Made by a program: the position numbers and the translations under genes
In this document: positions 8,174 through 17,793 of the stretch, piece by piece
Position numbering within the stretch: the first letter of the stretch is position 1
Layout: each line of letters begins with the position of its first letter
The notes under the pieces: model-generated
What the model saw: only the letters and a program-made list of their open reading frames with translations
What the model was told of the DNA's origin: nothing
The model's database searches: none
Origin: an uncultured Gammaproteobacteria bacterium
GTDB lineage: Bacteria; Patescibacteriota; Patescibacteriia; JACQRZ01
Reading direction: 5' to 3'
Length of the DNA: 64,000 bases
Assembly (NCBI GenBank): GCA_964621085.1
Contig: CAZUKY010000001.1
Span: forward strand, 100,937-164,936

Positions 8174-8581
8174 CTAAAACTTCCGGTGAGCAAAAAAGTA
8201 ATCCCACCACTGCTGCGTATTTGACGCCCCTTCGGATACTGCTGCTGAAATCGCTTTCTGTGGGGTGGCATTTTTGGCTACCGGCTTTTCCGCGCTCTCG
8301 GGCGGCGCGCCCTCGATAATGACCGCTTGCTCCCCTTTCTTTTGCATACCCAGCTTGATGCGCGCCTCGCGTTCCGCGAAATAGTCCGTCTCAAGAAATT
8401 GGCTAAGTTCTTTGAGTTTTTGCTGGTTCGTCTCCAGAGAGCGGATCTCTTCTTCAAGATTCGCAATATTCTGATGGGTTCCGTAATTCACATACACGAT
8501 CTTGCTGAACGCAACAAAGAGCAACGCGAGAACCGCGATGCCGACAAGAAAAAACCAACGGGATGAAATTGCAGTACGCAT
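8174..8581 (-). CDS. septum formation initiator family protein (FtsB/DivIC-like)
   Basis: short cytoplasmic N-terminus, one TM helix (WFFLVGIAVLALLFVAF), coiled coil (IANLEEEIRSLETNQQKLKELSQF); start placed at MRTAISS (8581) to avoid a 64-nt overlap with the upstream gene; the track ORF extends to 8671. Confidence 0.6.
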   Translation of the reverse strand: MRTAISSRWFFLVGIAVLALLFVAFSKIVYVNYGTHQNIANLEEEIRSLETNQQKLKELSQFLETDYFAEREARIKLGMQKKGEQAVIIEGAPPESAEKPVAKNATPQKAISAAVSEGASNTQQWWDYFFAHRKF

Positions 8582-8606
8582 AGGAAAACGGGGGCGCTTT
8601 GGAGTG

Positions 8607-9206
8607 CTATGACCAATTCGGAGGATCCTGTTGCTTAAGCGGTAATATTTTCCGTTCAAAATTTTCAGCATCCGAACATCCCTCAGACGTCTCTCCTGTC
8701 GCGCGCCGCGCAGTCTTTGCCGAGGAGACGCATCGCGAAACCACGCTCAGCAATTCCTGGGGCCGGAAAACGGCGGTTATCGTGAACGACCCGCGCGTTG
8801 TAAACAACGAACAATGGATATCGCCGTAGCCGAAAAGCGTCGGGAACACGCCCTTTGCGTCATAGGAAAGCTCGTTGATGTTTTCAAGAAGCACTTCATG
8901 GACTTTTTTCCGGAAAATGCCCAGGCGGTGAATACCGAGAAGACGCCGATCCGTCAGAAGATAGACGCTTCCGTACCATCGCGAGAGGATCGAAAGAAGA
9001 AAAAGCGAATCAAGCGCCGCCACCCCCAAGAAAAAACCGACGCCGAGCGGCCCAAGCGAAACGAGCGGAAAGAGAAATAAAAAGAGAGCGACAAGAATAA
9101 GCATGGCCGGCGTCGCGAGCACGAGTGAACGGACCGTACGGGTGCGAATCGCGGCAACTATTTTTTCATCCGCATCAAGGGATATTTTTTCGGTAAAAAA
9201 CGGCAT
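8607..9206 (-). CDS. membrane protein with bacterial PH (YdbT/DUF304-like) domain
   Basis: two TM helices followed by a PH-like beta-rich domain; 199 aa. Confidence 0.45.
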   Translation of the reverse strand: MPFFTEKISLDADEKIVAAIRTRTVRSLVLATPAMLILVALFLFLFPLVSLGPLGVGFFLGVAALDSLFLLSILSRWYGSVYLLTDRRLLGIHRLGIFRKKVHEVLLENINELSYDAKGVFPTLFGYGDIHCSLFTTRGSFTITAVFRPQELLSVVSRCVSSAKTARRATGETSEGCSDAENFERKILPLKQQDPPNWS

Positions 9207-9290
9207 GGGCTAAAAGATGCATTCTCGGAAAAACAAAATCCCGACATTTCAGTCTAGCATGAAATGTCGGGAAATCGAAGAGAAAAAATG

Positions 9291-9953
9291 CTACAGGGCT
9301 GCGCTTGTGCTTCGCTGCGCGATGCGATCGACGACGACGACCTTTTTTCCCTCGAGCAGCTTGAAAAGAAACATGTCAGCAAGACTTTTGCGGTACACGA
9401 ACTCATCGGTTGGCATAATCGCAAAGTTTATCTCGCGCTCAAGATCTTTTTCGAATTGCGCGATAAGCTTTGACAGCTTCGCTTTTGGAACGGTGCCGAC
9501 AATGAGCAAATCGACATTCACATCTTCGCGATCGGCAAAAAATCCGCTCAGAAGCGCGTAATCGATCGTCTCAACAGCGCGCAATTCCTTTATGAGGTTA
9601 TTCTGAAACATGAGCGGACTTTTCAAAAAAAGATTCCGCAACTCATTATAGAGAACAAAATTTTTATTCAAACGAAAAAATTTCTTTGGCTGGCTGTCTT
9701 TTTTTGCTCGCGTACGCGGTGTGGTGTCTTCGGTATCATCGCTATCCGATTGCTCGCGCGCAGAGGAATTCGGAGCATCAACCACCTCAACAATCGAACA
9801 GTCCAGCAGGTTCTGAAGCTCGCGGCGAACCGAGTTGATCTGCGTGTCGATCTTTCTGGTCAGCTCGCGAATAAAAAACGCCTCGCTTGGATTCAAAAGA
9901 AAAAGCTTGAGAAGCCGGGTGCGTGTCTTTGATCCAAATAATTGTTCAAGCAT
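9291..9953 (-). CDS. putative winged-helix transcriptional regulator
   Basis: N-terminal HTH-like segment (TRLLKLFLLNPSEAFFIRELTRKIDTQINSVRRELQNL), acidic linker, C-terminal alpha/beta domain; divergent from the 789-aa gene. Confidence 0.4.
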   Translation of the reverse strand: MLEQLFGSKTRTRLLKLFLLNPSEAFFIRELTRKIDTQINSVRRELQNLLDCSIVEVVDAPNSSAREQSDSDDTEDTTPRTRAKKDSQPKKFFRLNKNFVLYNELRNLFLKSPLMFQNNLIKELRAVETIDYALLSGFFADREDVNVDLLIVGTVPKAKLSKLIAQFEKDLEREINFAIMPTDEFVYRKSLADMFLFKLLEGKKVVVVDRIAQRSTSAAL

Positions 9954-10008
9954 AGATTCGCTCCAGATGATTTGAGCAAAAATGTATTCAATGCGGCCCT
10001 GGAAACTG

Positions 10009-10078
10009 CTTGCGATTTTTTCAAGCTGTAGTATAATACAGCCGCGTAATATGTAAACCCCCCGCGTTAAATACGCGG
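10009..10078 (+). promoter_or_regulatory. sigma70-type promoter TTGCGA-17nt-TATAAT (10009..10037) plus 5'UTR palindrome ccgcg-ttaaata-cgcgg (10062..10078) and a direct half-site repeat ccgcgtaatat
   Basis: read from sequence upstream of the 10092 start. Confidence 0.45.
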
Positions 10079-10091
10079 CACATTAAGCCGT

Positions 10092-12461
10092 ATGGGTAGG
10101 CATCCGCAGGTATTCATCGACAAGCTTTCGCTCCCGGGAAAATTGAACAACGAGCTATCATACGTGTTCACGAATGATCCGATAGATCACAAAAATGGCT
10201 CAATTACCCTTTTTGGCTTGTTTCTCTGCACCTCTGCGCGCGATCTGTATCATTCTGCCATTAAGGCAACGGTAAAACATTATCTCGATTTTTTTCATCG
10301 GACCGACTTCTCTGTTGCGGAGAGCTTTGAAAACTCGCTGCACGACAGCGGAGAATTCATTTTTGAAAACGCGATCCAGTATACGGGGGAAAAAGTTTCG
10401 CAATCCATTGCGGCCGCTCGGGAAAGCGCGGGGAGCGACGAGACGTTCGAGATCAAGAACATGCACTGCATCCTCGGCGCACTCATCAATGATACGCTCT
10501 TTTTGAGCGTGAGCGGCAGAGCGCTCTGGGCGTACTACATGCATCCTGTCCATCGGGATAACAATTTTTCCCACTATACGCTCGTGCCTATCGTTTCCGG
10601 TTCAGACGCACCCGATGGGTCCCAGCGCCTCTTTGCCAATATTGTCAGCGGCAAGGTCGGGATCAAGGGCGGAACGATTTTTTTGTGCAACGACGCCTTT
10701 CTTGAATACATTGATGATGATCAACTCAAGCAGTCCCTGACAACTCGCCCCATTGAAACCCTGCTCGACTCTTTCCACACCTCGCTCTCCAAAGTCTCGT
10801 CAAAGAAGGATTTTAGCGCGATCGTTATCCAGCCGAACTACACTCCCTCTCCGCATGCGAGCAAGAGCGGTGCGGCACGGCATCAGACGGCATCGAATCG
10901 CTCGATGCAAAGCTTGATATCGACCGAGCGCGGGACCGATAGCGTCATGTCTCCCCAAATTGCGCGCTCCATCGCATCGATCCTCCGTTCGTTTCTTTTT
11001 TCACTCATTCTGCCGGCAATCCGATTGTGCATTCAAACATTGCGCAACGTCCCCTGGAAATCGTATACGGATGGTCTCGCTCGCGTCCTTCGCACTGCTC
11101 CCGGACACGTGCGCACGCTCGCTTCGCGCATCCGTGCCCTGAAACGCGACAACAGCGCTTCGCCTTCGCCGCTTTCGTTTTCAAACGCACAGTCAGCACT
11201 TGCAGGCATGGTGCAGCGATTGGAGCCCCTGCCCCTCGTCCAACGCTTGGCAGGATATGCCTCCCGCATCCCACGCGCATTCGTTGAGCAGGTTCGGCAG
11301 ATTATCGTTGCCCATCGCGAGAAAGGACTACTCGCGTTTCGCGAACTTCCCATGGCATCAAAGGGGTTCCTTGTTCTCGCGATCATCTTCTTGCTTCTCT
11401 TCGTGCAAAGCGTTTTTGTGACCGCCAGCAACAAGGCGTCGGCAAAACGCAACGCCGAGTATGCGCAGAAGTTGAGCGCAATTGACGAGCGCATCGATGC
11501 GGCTGAAGCGAGTATCCTCTACAACGACGAAGCCCGCGCGAGCGGTCTACTTGCTGAAACAGAGGCCCTTCTTGCGGACTTCCCGCCGTCAATGCCCGAT
11601 GCGGATTCCCTCCGCTCATCGCGAGAGCAACGCATCGAGAGCATTCGCATGCGCATTAGCAAAGTAATCTCCATCGTAAACCCCAGCAAACTTGGAGATC
11701 TGTCCGGACAACTACCGAATGCTCGCGAAACAACGATTGCCGTCCTGCCGGGAATGATAGCGCTCGTTTCGCCTGACGGCATATACGAATTTGCCAACGG
11801 CAGCGCAGTGCGCATCGATACCCAGGCAAAAATCCCATCTGCGAGTTGCGCGACACCGCTCTCTGACGAACTTCTTATCTGCAGCAAGGAAGGAGATCGC
11901 CTCTATGCGCTCGCGGCAAAAGAAAAGACCGTCCGGCCGGTTTCTTTTGATCGCGGTGAGGGGCAAGGCGTCCCCGCAGCGATCGGGACATATAATGGTA
12001 ACGCATATGTCCTTGATGCATCATCCGGCAAAGTCTTCCGCCATTCGAAGGCCGGTGACGGTTTCCAGAAAGGATCCTCGTGGGTACGCGACGGCGAGCG
12101 CCTCCTCGCGCCTGCCGCCTCGCTCGCAATTGATGGGAATATTTACGTGGCATCGGCAAACGGGTCTATCATCCGCTATGCCGCCGGCCGAGCGGAGCCT
12201 CTTGCGATCCCTGCACTCGAACCGCCGCTTGCATCGATCAAAAAAATAGTGACACTTCCCGAAACAGACCTTCTGTTCGTTTTGGATGGCCAGAGCGGAC
12301 GAGTTATCATTCTTGAGAAAAAAACGCTTCAGCTTCGCGGCCAACTCATGTCCGAGACGTTTGGCGCGCTTGCTGATATCGCGCTGACCCCTGACGGCAA
12401 GGACATCCTTATTCTGAGCGAGAACGGCGCCCTGTACCGCGTGCCGGCAGATATCAAGTAG
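10092..12461 (+). CDS. large hypothetical membrane protein (789 aa; N-terminal cytoplasmic domain, central TM, C-terminal beta-propeller-like region)
   Basis: long ORF in a high-coding frame; TM segment FLVLAIIFLLLFVQSVFV near residue 430; C-terminal repeated GxxYV(L/A)D and DG motifs. Confidence 0.5.
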   Translation: MGRHPQVFIDKLSLPGKLNNELSYVFTNDPIDHKNGSITLFGLFLCTSARDLYHSAIKATVKHYLDFFHRTDFSVAESFENSLHDSGEFIFENAIQYTGEKVSQSIAAARESAGSDETFEIKNMHCILGALINDTLFLSVSGRALWAYYMHPVHRDNNFSHYTLVPIVSGSDAPDGSQRLFANIVSGKVGIKGGTIFLCNDAFLEYIDDDQLKQSLTTRPIETLLDSFHTSLSKVSSKKDFSAIVIQPNYTPSPHASKSGAARHQTASNRSMQSLISTERGTDSVMSPQIARSIASILRSFLFSLILPAIRLCIQTLRNVPWKSYTDGLARVLRTAPGHVRTLASRIRALKRDNSASPSPLSFSNAQSALAGMVQRLEPLPLVQRLAGYASRIPRAFVEQVRQIIVAHREKGLLAFRELPMASKGFLVLAIIFLLLFVQSVFVTASNKASAKRNAEYAQKLSAIDERIDAAEASILYNDEARASGLLAETEALLADFPPSMPDADSLRSSREQRIESIRMRISKVISIVNPSKLGDLSGQLPNARETTIAVLPGMIALVSPDGIYEFANGSAVRIDTQAKIPSASCATPLSDELLICSKEGDRLYALAAKEKTVRPVSFDRGEGQGVPAAIGTYNGNAYVLDASSGKVFRHSKAGDGFQKGSSWVRDGERLLAPAASLAIDGNIYVASANGSIIRYAAGRAEPLAIPALEPPLASIKKIVTLPETDLLFVLDGQSGRVIILEKKTLQLRGQLMSETFGALADIALTPDGKDILILSENGALYRVPADIK

Positions 12462-12486
12462 TACGAAGGATAATTGGGGGGATAAT

Positions 12487-12515
12487 AAAAACCCGGCGCA
12501 AAGCCGGGTTTTTTT
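12487..12515. terminator. bidirectional terminator aaaaa-cccggc-gcaaa-gccggg-ttttttt
   Basis: between the convergent 789-aa gene(+) and rplL(-). Confidence 0.65.
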
Positions 12516-12532
12516 GAACTATCGTGCCTTTC

Positions 12533-12937
12533 TTATTTGAGCGTCACTTTTGCGCCTGCTTCTTCGAGCTTCTTTTTCATCTCTTCCGCATCCGCCTTTG
12601 AGACGCCTTCCTTTACAACCTTTGGTGCCGCATCGACGAGATCCTTTGCCTCTTTCAGGCCAAGCTGCGTGATCTCGCGGACCGCCTTGATGACATTGAT
12701 CTTGTTGGCGCCGGAATCTGTGATTTCGACGTCGAATGCGCTCTTCTCTTCCGCTGCCTCAGCAGGGGCTGCTCCTGCGCCTGCAGCAACCGCCATCACT
12801 GGCGCGGCCGCCGAAACGCCGAACTTTTCCTCGAGTACTTTTACCAGCTCAGCCAAGTCGAGGACGGAAAGGGATTCTATCTTTGAGACGAGTTCCTGGA
12901 ATTTTTCCGGAACGGTCACTGCCTTCTCTTCTGACAT
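12533..12937 (-). CDS. rplL: 50S ribosomal protein L7/L12
   Basis: 134 aa; Ala-rich hinge, C-terminal [24 protein letters not shown]...[23 protein letters not shown]. Confidence 0.95.
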   Translation of the reverse strand: MSEEKAVTVPEKFQELVSKIESLSVLDLAELVKVLEEKFGVSAAAPVMAVAAGAGAAPAEAAEEKSAFDVEITDSGANKINVIKAVREITQLGLKEAKDLVDAAPKVVKEGVSKADAEEMKKKLEEAGAKVTLK

Positions 12938-12968
12938 ATGATATGCGTTATATGGTATTATTTTTTAT

Positions 12969-13508
12969 CTATTTTTTTGCTTCTGCAATTGCGTTTAGGG
13001 CGTAGACGAGGCCGCGCAAGTTTCCCTGCAGTACGCCAACCATGCCGCGCATGGGCTGTGCAAGCGATCCGACCGCTTTTGCGAGAAGCTCATCGCGGGA
13101 TGGCAAGCTGGCAAGCGATTTCACCGAACGCGCATCGAGCGCGCGCGAACCTGCCGGTGCGGAAAGGATAAGTCCGGAGAGAATGCCAAGCGCCTCATGG
13201 CTTTTTCCAAAATTTGCCAAGAGCCGCGCAGGCGCAACCTCATCCCCATAGCCGAATACTGCCGCCACCTCACCCTCTAGGGAACGGGGGTCGATTTCAT
13301 CCAGACCGCGCTCCTTCAAAGCAATCGAAAATAGCGTTTTCTTTGCCATGATGCACTCACTGTTTTCCGCGGCGCATATCTTGCGCAATTCCTCGGTTTC
13401 CTTGACCTTCAACCCCTGGAAATTCGCAAAGATAACGGATTTGCTCCTGTCCAACCGCTCTGCCAAACTTGCAGTAACTGCCTTTTTGCTCTCTTTTGAT
13501 CGAGCCAT
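12969..13508 (-). CDS. rplJ: 50S ribosomal protein L10
   Basis: start at MARSKESKK (13508); L10 family similarity; immediately upstream of rplL. Confidence 0.9.
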   Translation of the reverse strand: MARSKESKKAVTASLAERLDRSKSVIFANFQGLKVKETEELRKICAAENSECIMAKKTLFSIALKERGLDEIDPRSLEGEVAAVFGYGDEVAPARLLANFGKSHEALGILSGLILSAPAGSRALDARSVKSLASLPSRDELLAKAVGSLAQPMRGMVGVLQGNLRGLVYALNAIAEAKK

Positions 13509-13703
13509 ATTCTTTGTAAAAAAGAAAAATCTGTGTGTGCACACAGACTGATATTCGAGAAAATCGACCATTGATCGGCCATGATGCCGACATTTCCTCT
13601 CTCGATAGGCGGATAGAATCCATTAAATCTGGGATGTCCCGATACCTATTGTCTGTGAGATGGTCTGACTATACCAAAATACGCCCATCCTTGTCAAGTG
13701 TGC

Positions 13704-14378
13704 CTACTGGCGAATACAGAAAAGGAAAATGGAGAGCGCGTGGCCGACATTCAGGGACTCAAGGCTCTTGCTATGCGGGAGGAAGAGAGAAGTGCCAGGG
13801 ACAGCGAGCTGAATGCCCGATCCCTCAGACCCGGCGATACATACGCAGGGCTTCTCTACTTGAGCAGCTTGAAAAGCTCTTGCCCCCTTCCGCTTTTCAA
13901 GACGGTAGACGGGCCGGCCGTATCCACGGATGGCATCGGTCGCACGCACTCGCGAGAGCGATTGCCAGGGAACTGAAAAAATGGAACCGGCAGACGATCG
14001 CACAACCTTCGGACTCGTCGGATCCGCCGCATCAACAAGGACAAGACTCGCGTCAAAACCAAGACAAGCCCGCTGTATCGCGCCCACATTGCCGGGGTCC
14101 TGCACGCCGTCCAAAACGACGATGATATCGCGTGCAGTGATATCCGAATCGCTCCATACCGGGATGCGCGCAACAGCAGCTCGGGGCTGCGGCGTCTCGG
14201 TCGTTACTAACCGGTGAAAATTCGGGGTATCTTTGGAGCCAAAGGTGAATACCACCGCACTGCCGGCGGCCTCGATCGCCTTTTCTCCCTCTACCAAACA
14301 AAGGCCGCTTACATCGCGGCCTTTTTTCGTATGAAGCGATCGGATCAGTTTTTCTTGCGCCCGAGTGAGCATAATCAA
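13704..14378 (-). CDS. TrmH/SpoU-family RNA 2'-O-methyltransferase (RlmB-like)
   Basis: SPOUT motifs VLDGVQDPGNVGAIQRAC and CIAGSEGSGI. Confidence 0.8.
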   Translation of the reverse strand: MIMLTRAQEKLIRSLHTKKGRDVSGLCLVEGEKAIEAAGSAVVFTFGSKDTPNFHRLVTTETPQPRAAVARIPVWSDSDITARDIIVVLDGVQDPGNVGAIQRACLGFDASLVLVDAADPTSPKVVRSSAGSIFSVPWQSLSRVRATDAIRGYGRPVYRLEKRKGARAFQAAQVEKPCVCIAGSEGSGIQLAVPGTSLFLPHSKSLESLNVGHALSIFLFCIRQ

Positions 14379-14427
14379 ATCTGAAAAATCAGGCTATTGA
14401 GTACCTGATTTTTCGACCTATATCGTT

Positions 14428-16047
14428 TTACCGGTGGTTTCCTGTAATGAAGCAGTATTCATTTTTTTTCATCTCTTCTTCTCTCAATTCTCTAAGCACC
14501 CTATACCGTTCAAATAACGCTGTATCCGCCTTCCCGGAACCTAGCGGATTATAGCCGTTTTCCAATTCCTCAAAATCAGTGTATCCATCGCCATCCGAAT
14601 CCTTTTTGTTCAGTTGTGTCCCAAGTTCAGATTCCATCCAGTCAGGCAATACATCTGAATCAGTATCCCGAGTCCGCTCTGCGTACTCATCACAAGAATA
14701 TTCATTTTTGGGAGCATTTGTCACCTCATCCATTTCTGGTATCTCATCACTGCCGCCGATCGAGAGGCCGCCACCGAATAACGAACCCATGACCTCTTCG
14801 ATACTTTTTGCGCCTTCCGGAGCATCGATAGTTACCGGTGTATTGAACTTGCTATTGGTCTGCCGCAACGAAATATCCGCGGTTACGGGAAACTCCTCTG
14901 TCTTTGGAACGATGAATGAAACCTTATACTGGTACGGATAGTAATCGCGCTTGCCGACCCAGAGCTCAACGCGGATCGGCTTGTCAGCAGGCATGTACTC
15001 CTTGATGAACTTTTCAATCGCCTGCCGTTCGTCGGGTTTCAGCTCCTCTTCCGAGAGGATCTGCTTGATCCGCTCGAAATACTTCAGCACTCCTTCCTGA
15101 TACAGCTCGAATACCAAGTGGTGCGTGGAGACGCCGGAGAGCTTTTCGTTGCCGCGGCTTAATGCATAATACCGCTCTTTCAGAAAGAGTTCGCGGATCT
15201 GCTTTTCCTTCTCTTCCGGGAGCCCTTCGATGCGCGAATCAAGTTCGCCCTCACCGAGTTTTTCCGCCTCCTTATCCAGATCGTCAAGATCGCCGAGTCT
15301 GATCCAGATATTTTCAAGAACACTCAGGTCAAAAAAACCAAAACTTGGAAGCTGCTTTGCGCTCGCATAAGCCACATTCTCGACAAGGCGAAACTCGATG
15401 CCAAGAAGGACATTGAGCGACGTCTCGCCTTCCGAGCGCAACTCGGGCTGCTTTGCCGACTGATCCTCCGCAAAGTTCATGTTCATTGTAAATTTCGGCT
15501 TTTCGCGATCGGTCGCATCGACAACACCTGCACTTCTGACCAGAAATGTCTTGCTTTTGCTCTCTTTCTCCTTTTCAGCGCCTTCTTGAGCTTCTTCTGC
15601 ATCTTCCAGGCCGCCGAGTGCGAGAAGAGAAAGCTCGTCAAGGCCGGTGACGACGGCGCGAATCTCCCCGTTGTACTCGTACGTCTTGATAGAATCCGCC
15701 CGCTCGACAACAGATGCTAAGATGCGCTCCGGTGTAAGGTAAAAATATCCGTAGGCAAAGTATCCCCCCACACCGATAGCGGCAAGACCGACGACGATCG
15801 CTGTAATAATACCGATGAGTTTTCCGGGCGACCGCCTTTCTTCCTGCTGATCGAATGTCGACAAAATATCGTGGCGATTTTCTGTCAACGGAGCGTCGTA
15901 ACTCGGTTCGGCTTCCTGCCCGGAACCGTACTGATACGTATCACCGGCTGGCGTACTTGGCTCGGACGGATTTTGCGACGCGTCTGACGCATCGGACGAA
16001 TATTCTTCGTTCATATTAAAAACAATACATACTATCCTTTTTCCCAA
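14428..16047 (-). CDS. hypothetical surface protein with N-terminal TM anchor and C-terminal thrombospondin type-3-like Asp-rich calcium-binding motif
   Basis: TM LIGIITAIVVGLAAIGVGGYFAY; C-terminal DSDGDGYTDFEELENGYNP. Confidence 0.5.
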   Translation of the reverse strand: MGKRIVCIVFNMNEEYSSDASDASQNPSEPSTPAGDTYQYGSGQEAEPSYDAPLTENRHDILSTFDQQEERRSPGKLIGIITAIVVGLAAIGVGGYFAYGYFYLTPERILASVVERADSIKTYEYNGEIRAVVTGLDELSLLALGGLEDAEEAQEGAEKEKESKSKTFLVRSAGVVDATDREKPKFTMNMNFAEDQSAKQPELRSEGETSLNVLLGIEFRLVENVAYASAKQLPSFGFFDLSVLENIWIRLGDLDDLDKEAEKLGEGELDSRIEGLPEEKEKQIRELFLKERYYALSRGNEKLSGVSTHHLVFELYQEGVLKYFERIKQILSEEELKPDERQAIEKFIKEYMPADKPIRVELWVGKRDYYPYQYKVSFIVPKTEEFPVTADISLRQTNSKFNTPVTIDAPEGAKSIEEVMGSLFGGGLSIGGSDEIPEMDEVTNAPKNEYSCDEYAERTRDTDSDVLPDWMESELGTQLNKKDSDGDGYTDFEELENGYNPLGSGKADTALFERYRVLRELREEEMKKNEYCFITGNHR

Positions 16048-16250
16048 GGATATTAAAGTCTCTCTCTAGTATAGACCTTTTATGATTTTTTTCCAGAAAA
16101 TCCGTCCATGCCCTTTTGAGCTGCTTTTATGCGCCGGGCACGCATGTGTACGCCAGAAAGATATCTGCTTGGCGTCCGATAGCTGGTTTTTCCGGATTTT
16201 CCGCGCGTTCGAGCGTAATTTTTCATAGCTGTCGCGTATGAGCCCAAGGA

Positions 16251-17249
16251 CTATGATTTGGAGAGATATGTATGTTTGTTTCGGACATGCTCTTCAAACG
16301 TTGTGCTGTAGATGACCTTTCCTTCGGGAGTCGTAAGAAAATACCAGTAGGTATTTGGGCGCGGATTCAAAGCTGCTTTGAGCGCGCTCAGGCCGGGGTT
16401 GCTGATCGGTCCGGGCGGCAAGCCTCGGTATCTGTAGGTATTATACGGCGAATTGATGGCCGTGTCGCGCAACAGCGCTTGCGAATCCTTCTTGCCGGTT
16501 ATGTAATTGACCGTCGAGTCCGCCTGCAGCGGCATGCCAACAGAGAGCCGGCGGTAAAAAATATCGGCGACCATCTCGCGGTCAATTTGGCTTTGCACCT
16601 CCCGCTCGATAATGCTTGCCAGGACGAGTGATTTATCTAGAGAAAGACGCCGGGAAGCAGAATCGGCAAATAACGCATCAGTCTTCTTCCCAAAGGTCGC
16701 AAGCATCTTTTGGGGCAGTTCCCGCTTGCGCTCATCAAGGAAAATGCGATAAGTGTCGGGAAAAAGATATCCCTCAAAACCCGTTGCGTTTTCCAAAAAG
16801 GGGTACTGAGTACGATCGACTGCCGCAAGTGCGGCGCGAAACTCCTCGGAACTCATGATCTTCTCCTGTTCGAGATACTGTCCAATATCGGAAATCGTCC
16901 ATCCTTCGACGATTCGCACGCTTCTCTCGTTCGGCCGCCCGGCGACAAGGGCATCTGCAAGGCCGTAAGCATTCATCGGGAAGTCGAAGTCATAGGATCC
17001 GGCTTTGAGAGAACCGCTCTTCCCGCTTGTAATCAGGTACAGCTTGAAGGCAATTGGATTGACAACCAGGCCCTCGCGTGCCAACCGATCGACAATCTGA
17101 TCCGTTCCCTCCCCCTGCGCGATAACGAAACGCGTCGGCTGATGCGAGGGGGCCGTCTCTAAAGCGCTATGCGCTGAACGGAAAAAAAACACGACAAACG
17201 AGGCGAGGGCGATGCAGACAATGGCAAATAATAACGGCTGCTTTCTCAT
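16251..17249 (-). CDS. mltG: endolytic murein transglycosylase MltG (YceG-like)
   Basis: start MRKQPLLFAIV (TM), YceG-like domain; 4-nt overlap with the upstream PAP2 gene. Confidence 0.8.
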   Translation of the reverse strand: MRKQPLLFAIVCIALASFVVFFFRSAHSALETAPSHQPTRFVIAQGEGTDQIVDRLAREGLVVNPIAFKLYLITSGKSGSLKAGSYDFDFPMNAYGLADALVAGRPNERSVRIVEGWTISDIGQYLEQEKIMSSEEFRAALAAVDRTQYPFLENATGFEGYLFPDTYRIFLDERKRELPQKMLATFGKKTDALFADSASRRLSLDKSLVLASIIEREVQSQIDREMVADIFYRRLSVGMPLQADSTVNYITGKKDSQALLRDTAINSPYNTYRYRGLPPGPISNPGLSALKAALNPRPNTYWYFLTTPEGKVIYSTTFEEHVRNKHTYLSKS

Positions 17250-17782
17250 ATGCGTACTCCGCGTAACCGCAAACGAGCTATGACGGCGCATACTAGCAAC
17301 GCCGAGCCGATGCCAGTGACAATGCCCGCCAGCACATCGGCCGGAAAATGGATTCCGGCAAAAACACGGCCGAGTCCGATTAGAAATGCAAGTGGATATG
17401 CCCACAGCGCATGGCGCCTGTCGAGAACCGTAAGCGCCGTTGCGATAGCGAAGGAAACGCCGGTATGGTCCGAGGGAAATGATTTTGTCGCCGAGTGCTC
17501 CAGGAGCGGAACTATATCATACACGACAAACGGCCGATCGCGGTAGACGAACGCGCCAATCAGGGCATTCAGCCCGTAGGCGGCAACCGCGCTGAGGACA
17601 AGGGAAACGAATGATCGCGACCGGAGAGCAATCACGGCAGCAATGCCGCCCAGTATGAATATGGCGTATTGCGCAAAAAAAATACTGATCGCATCGAGAA
17701 CGGGCCAGCGATGCGAAAGATCAAACAGCCAGTAAAATACCTGCTGATTGAGAAATAACTGATCATCAGCCAACATATGCAA
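17246..17782 (-). CDS. PAP2-family phosphatase (undecaprenyl-diphosphatase-like)
   Basis: PAP2 motifs KSFPSDHT, GRVFAGIHFPADV. Confidence 0.75.
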   Translation of the reverse strand: MHMLADDQLFLNQQVFYWLFDLSHRWPVLDAISIFFAQYAIFILGGIAAVIALRSRSFVSLVLSAVAAYGLNALIGAFVYRDRPFVVYDIVPLLEHSATKSFPSDHTGVSFAIATALTVLDRRHALWAYPLAFLIGLGRVFAGIHFPADVLAGIVTGIGSALLVCAVIARLRLRGVRI

Positions 17783-17793
17783 TTCACTAGGGC

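Noticed and set aside
12537-12941. 134-aa ORF antisense to rplL
   Set aside because: It is a mirror ORF of a highly conserved ribosomal gene (Ala/Ser-rich artefact).
13572-13703. Possible L10 (rplJ) leader autoregulatory structure
   Set aside because: The position is plausible, but I could not confirm the conserved kink-turn or L10-binding motif by eye, so it is not reported as a feature.
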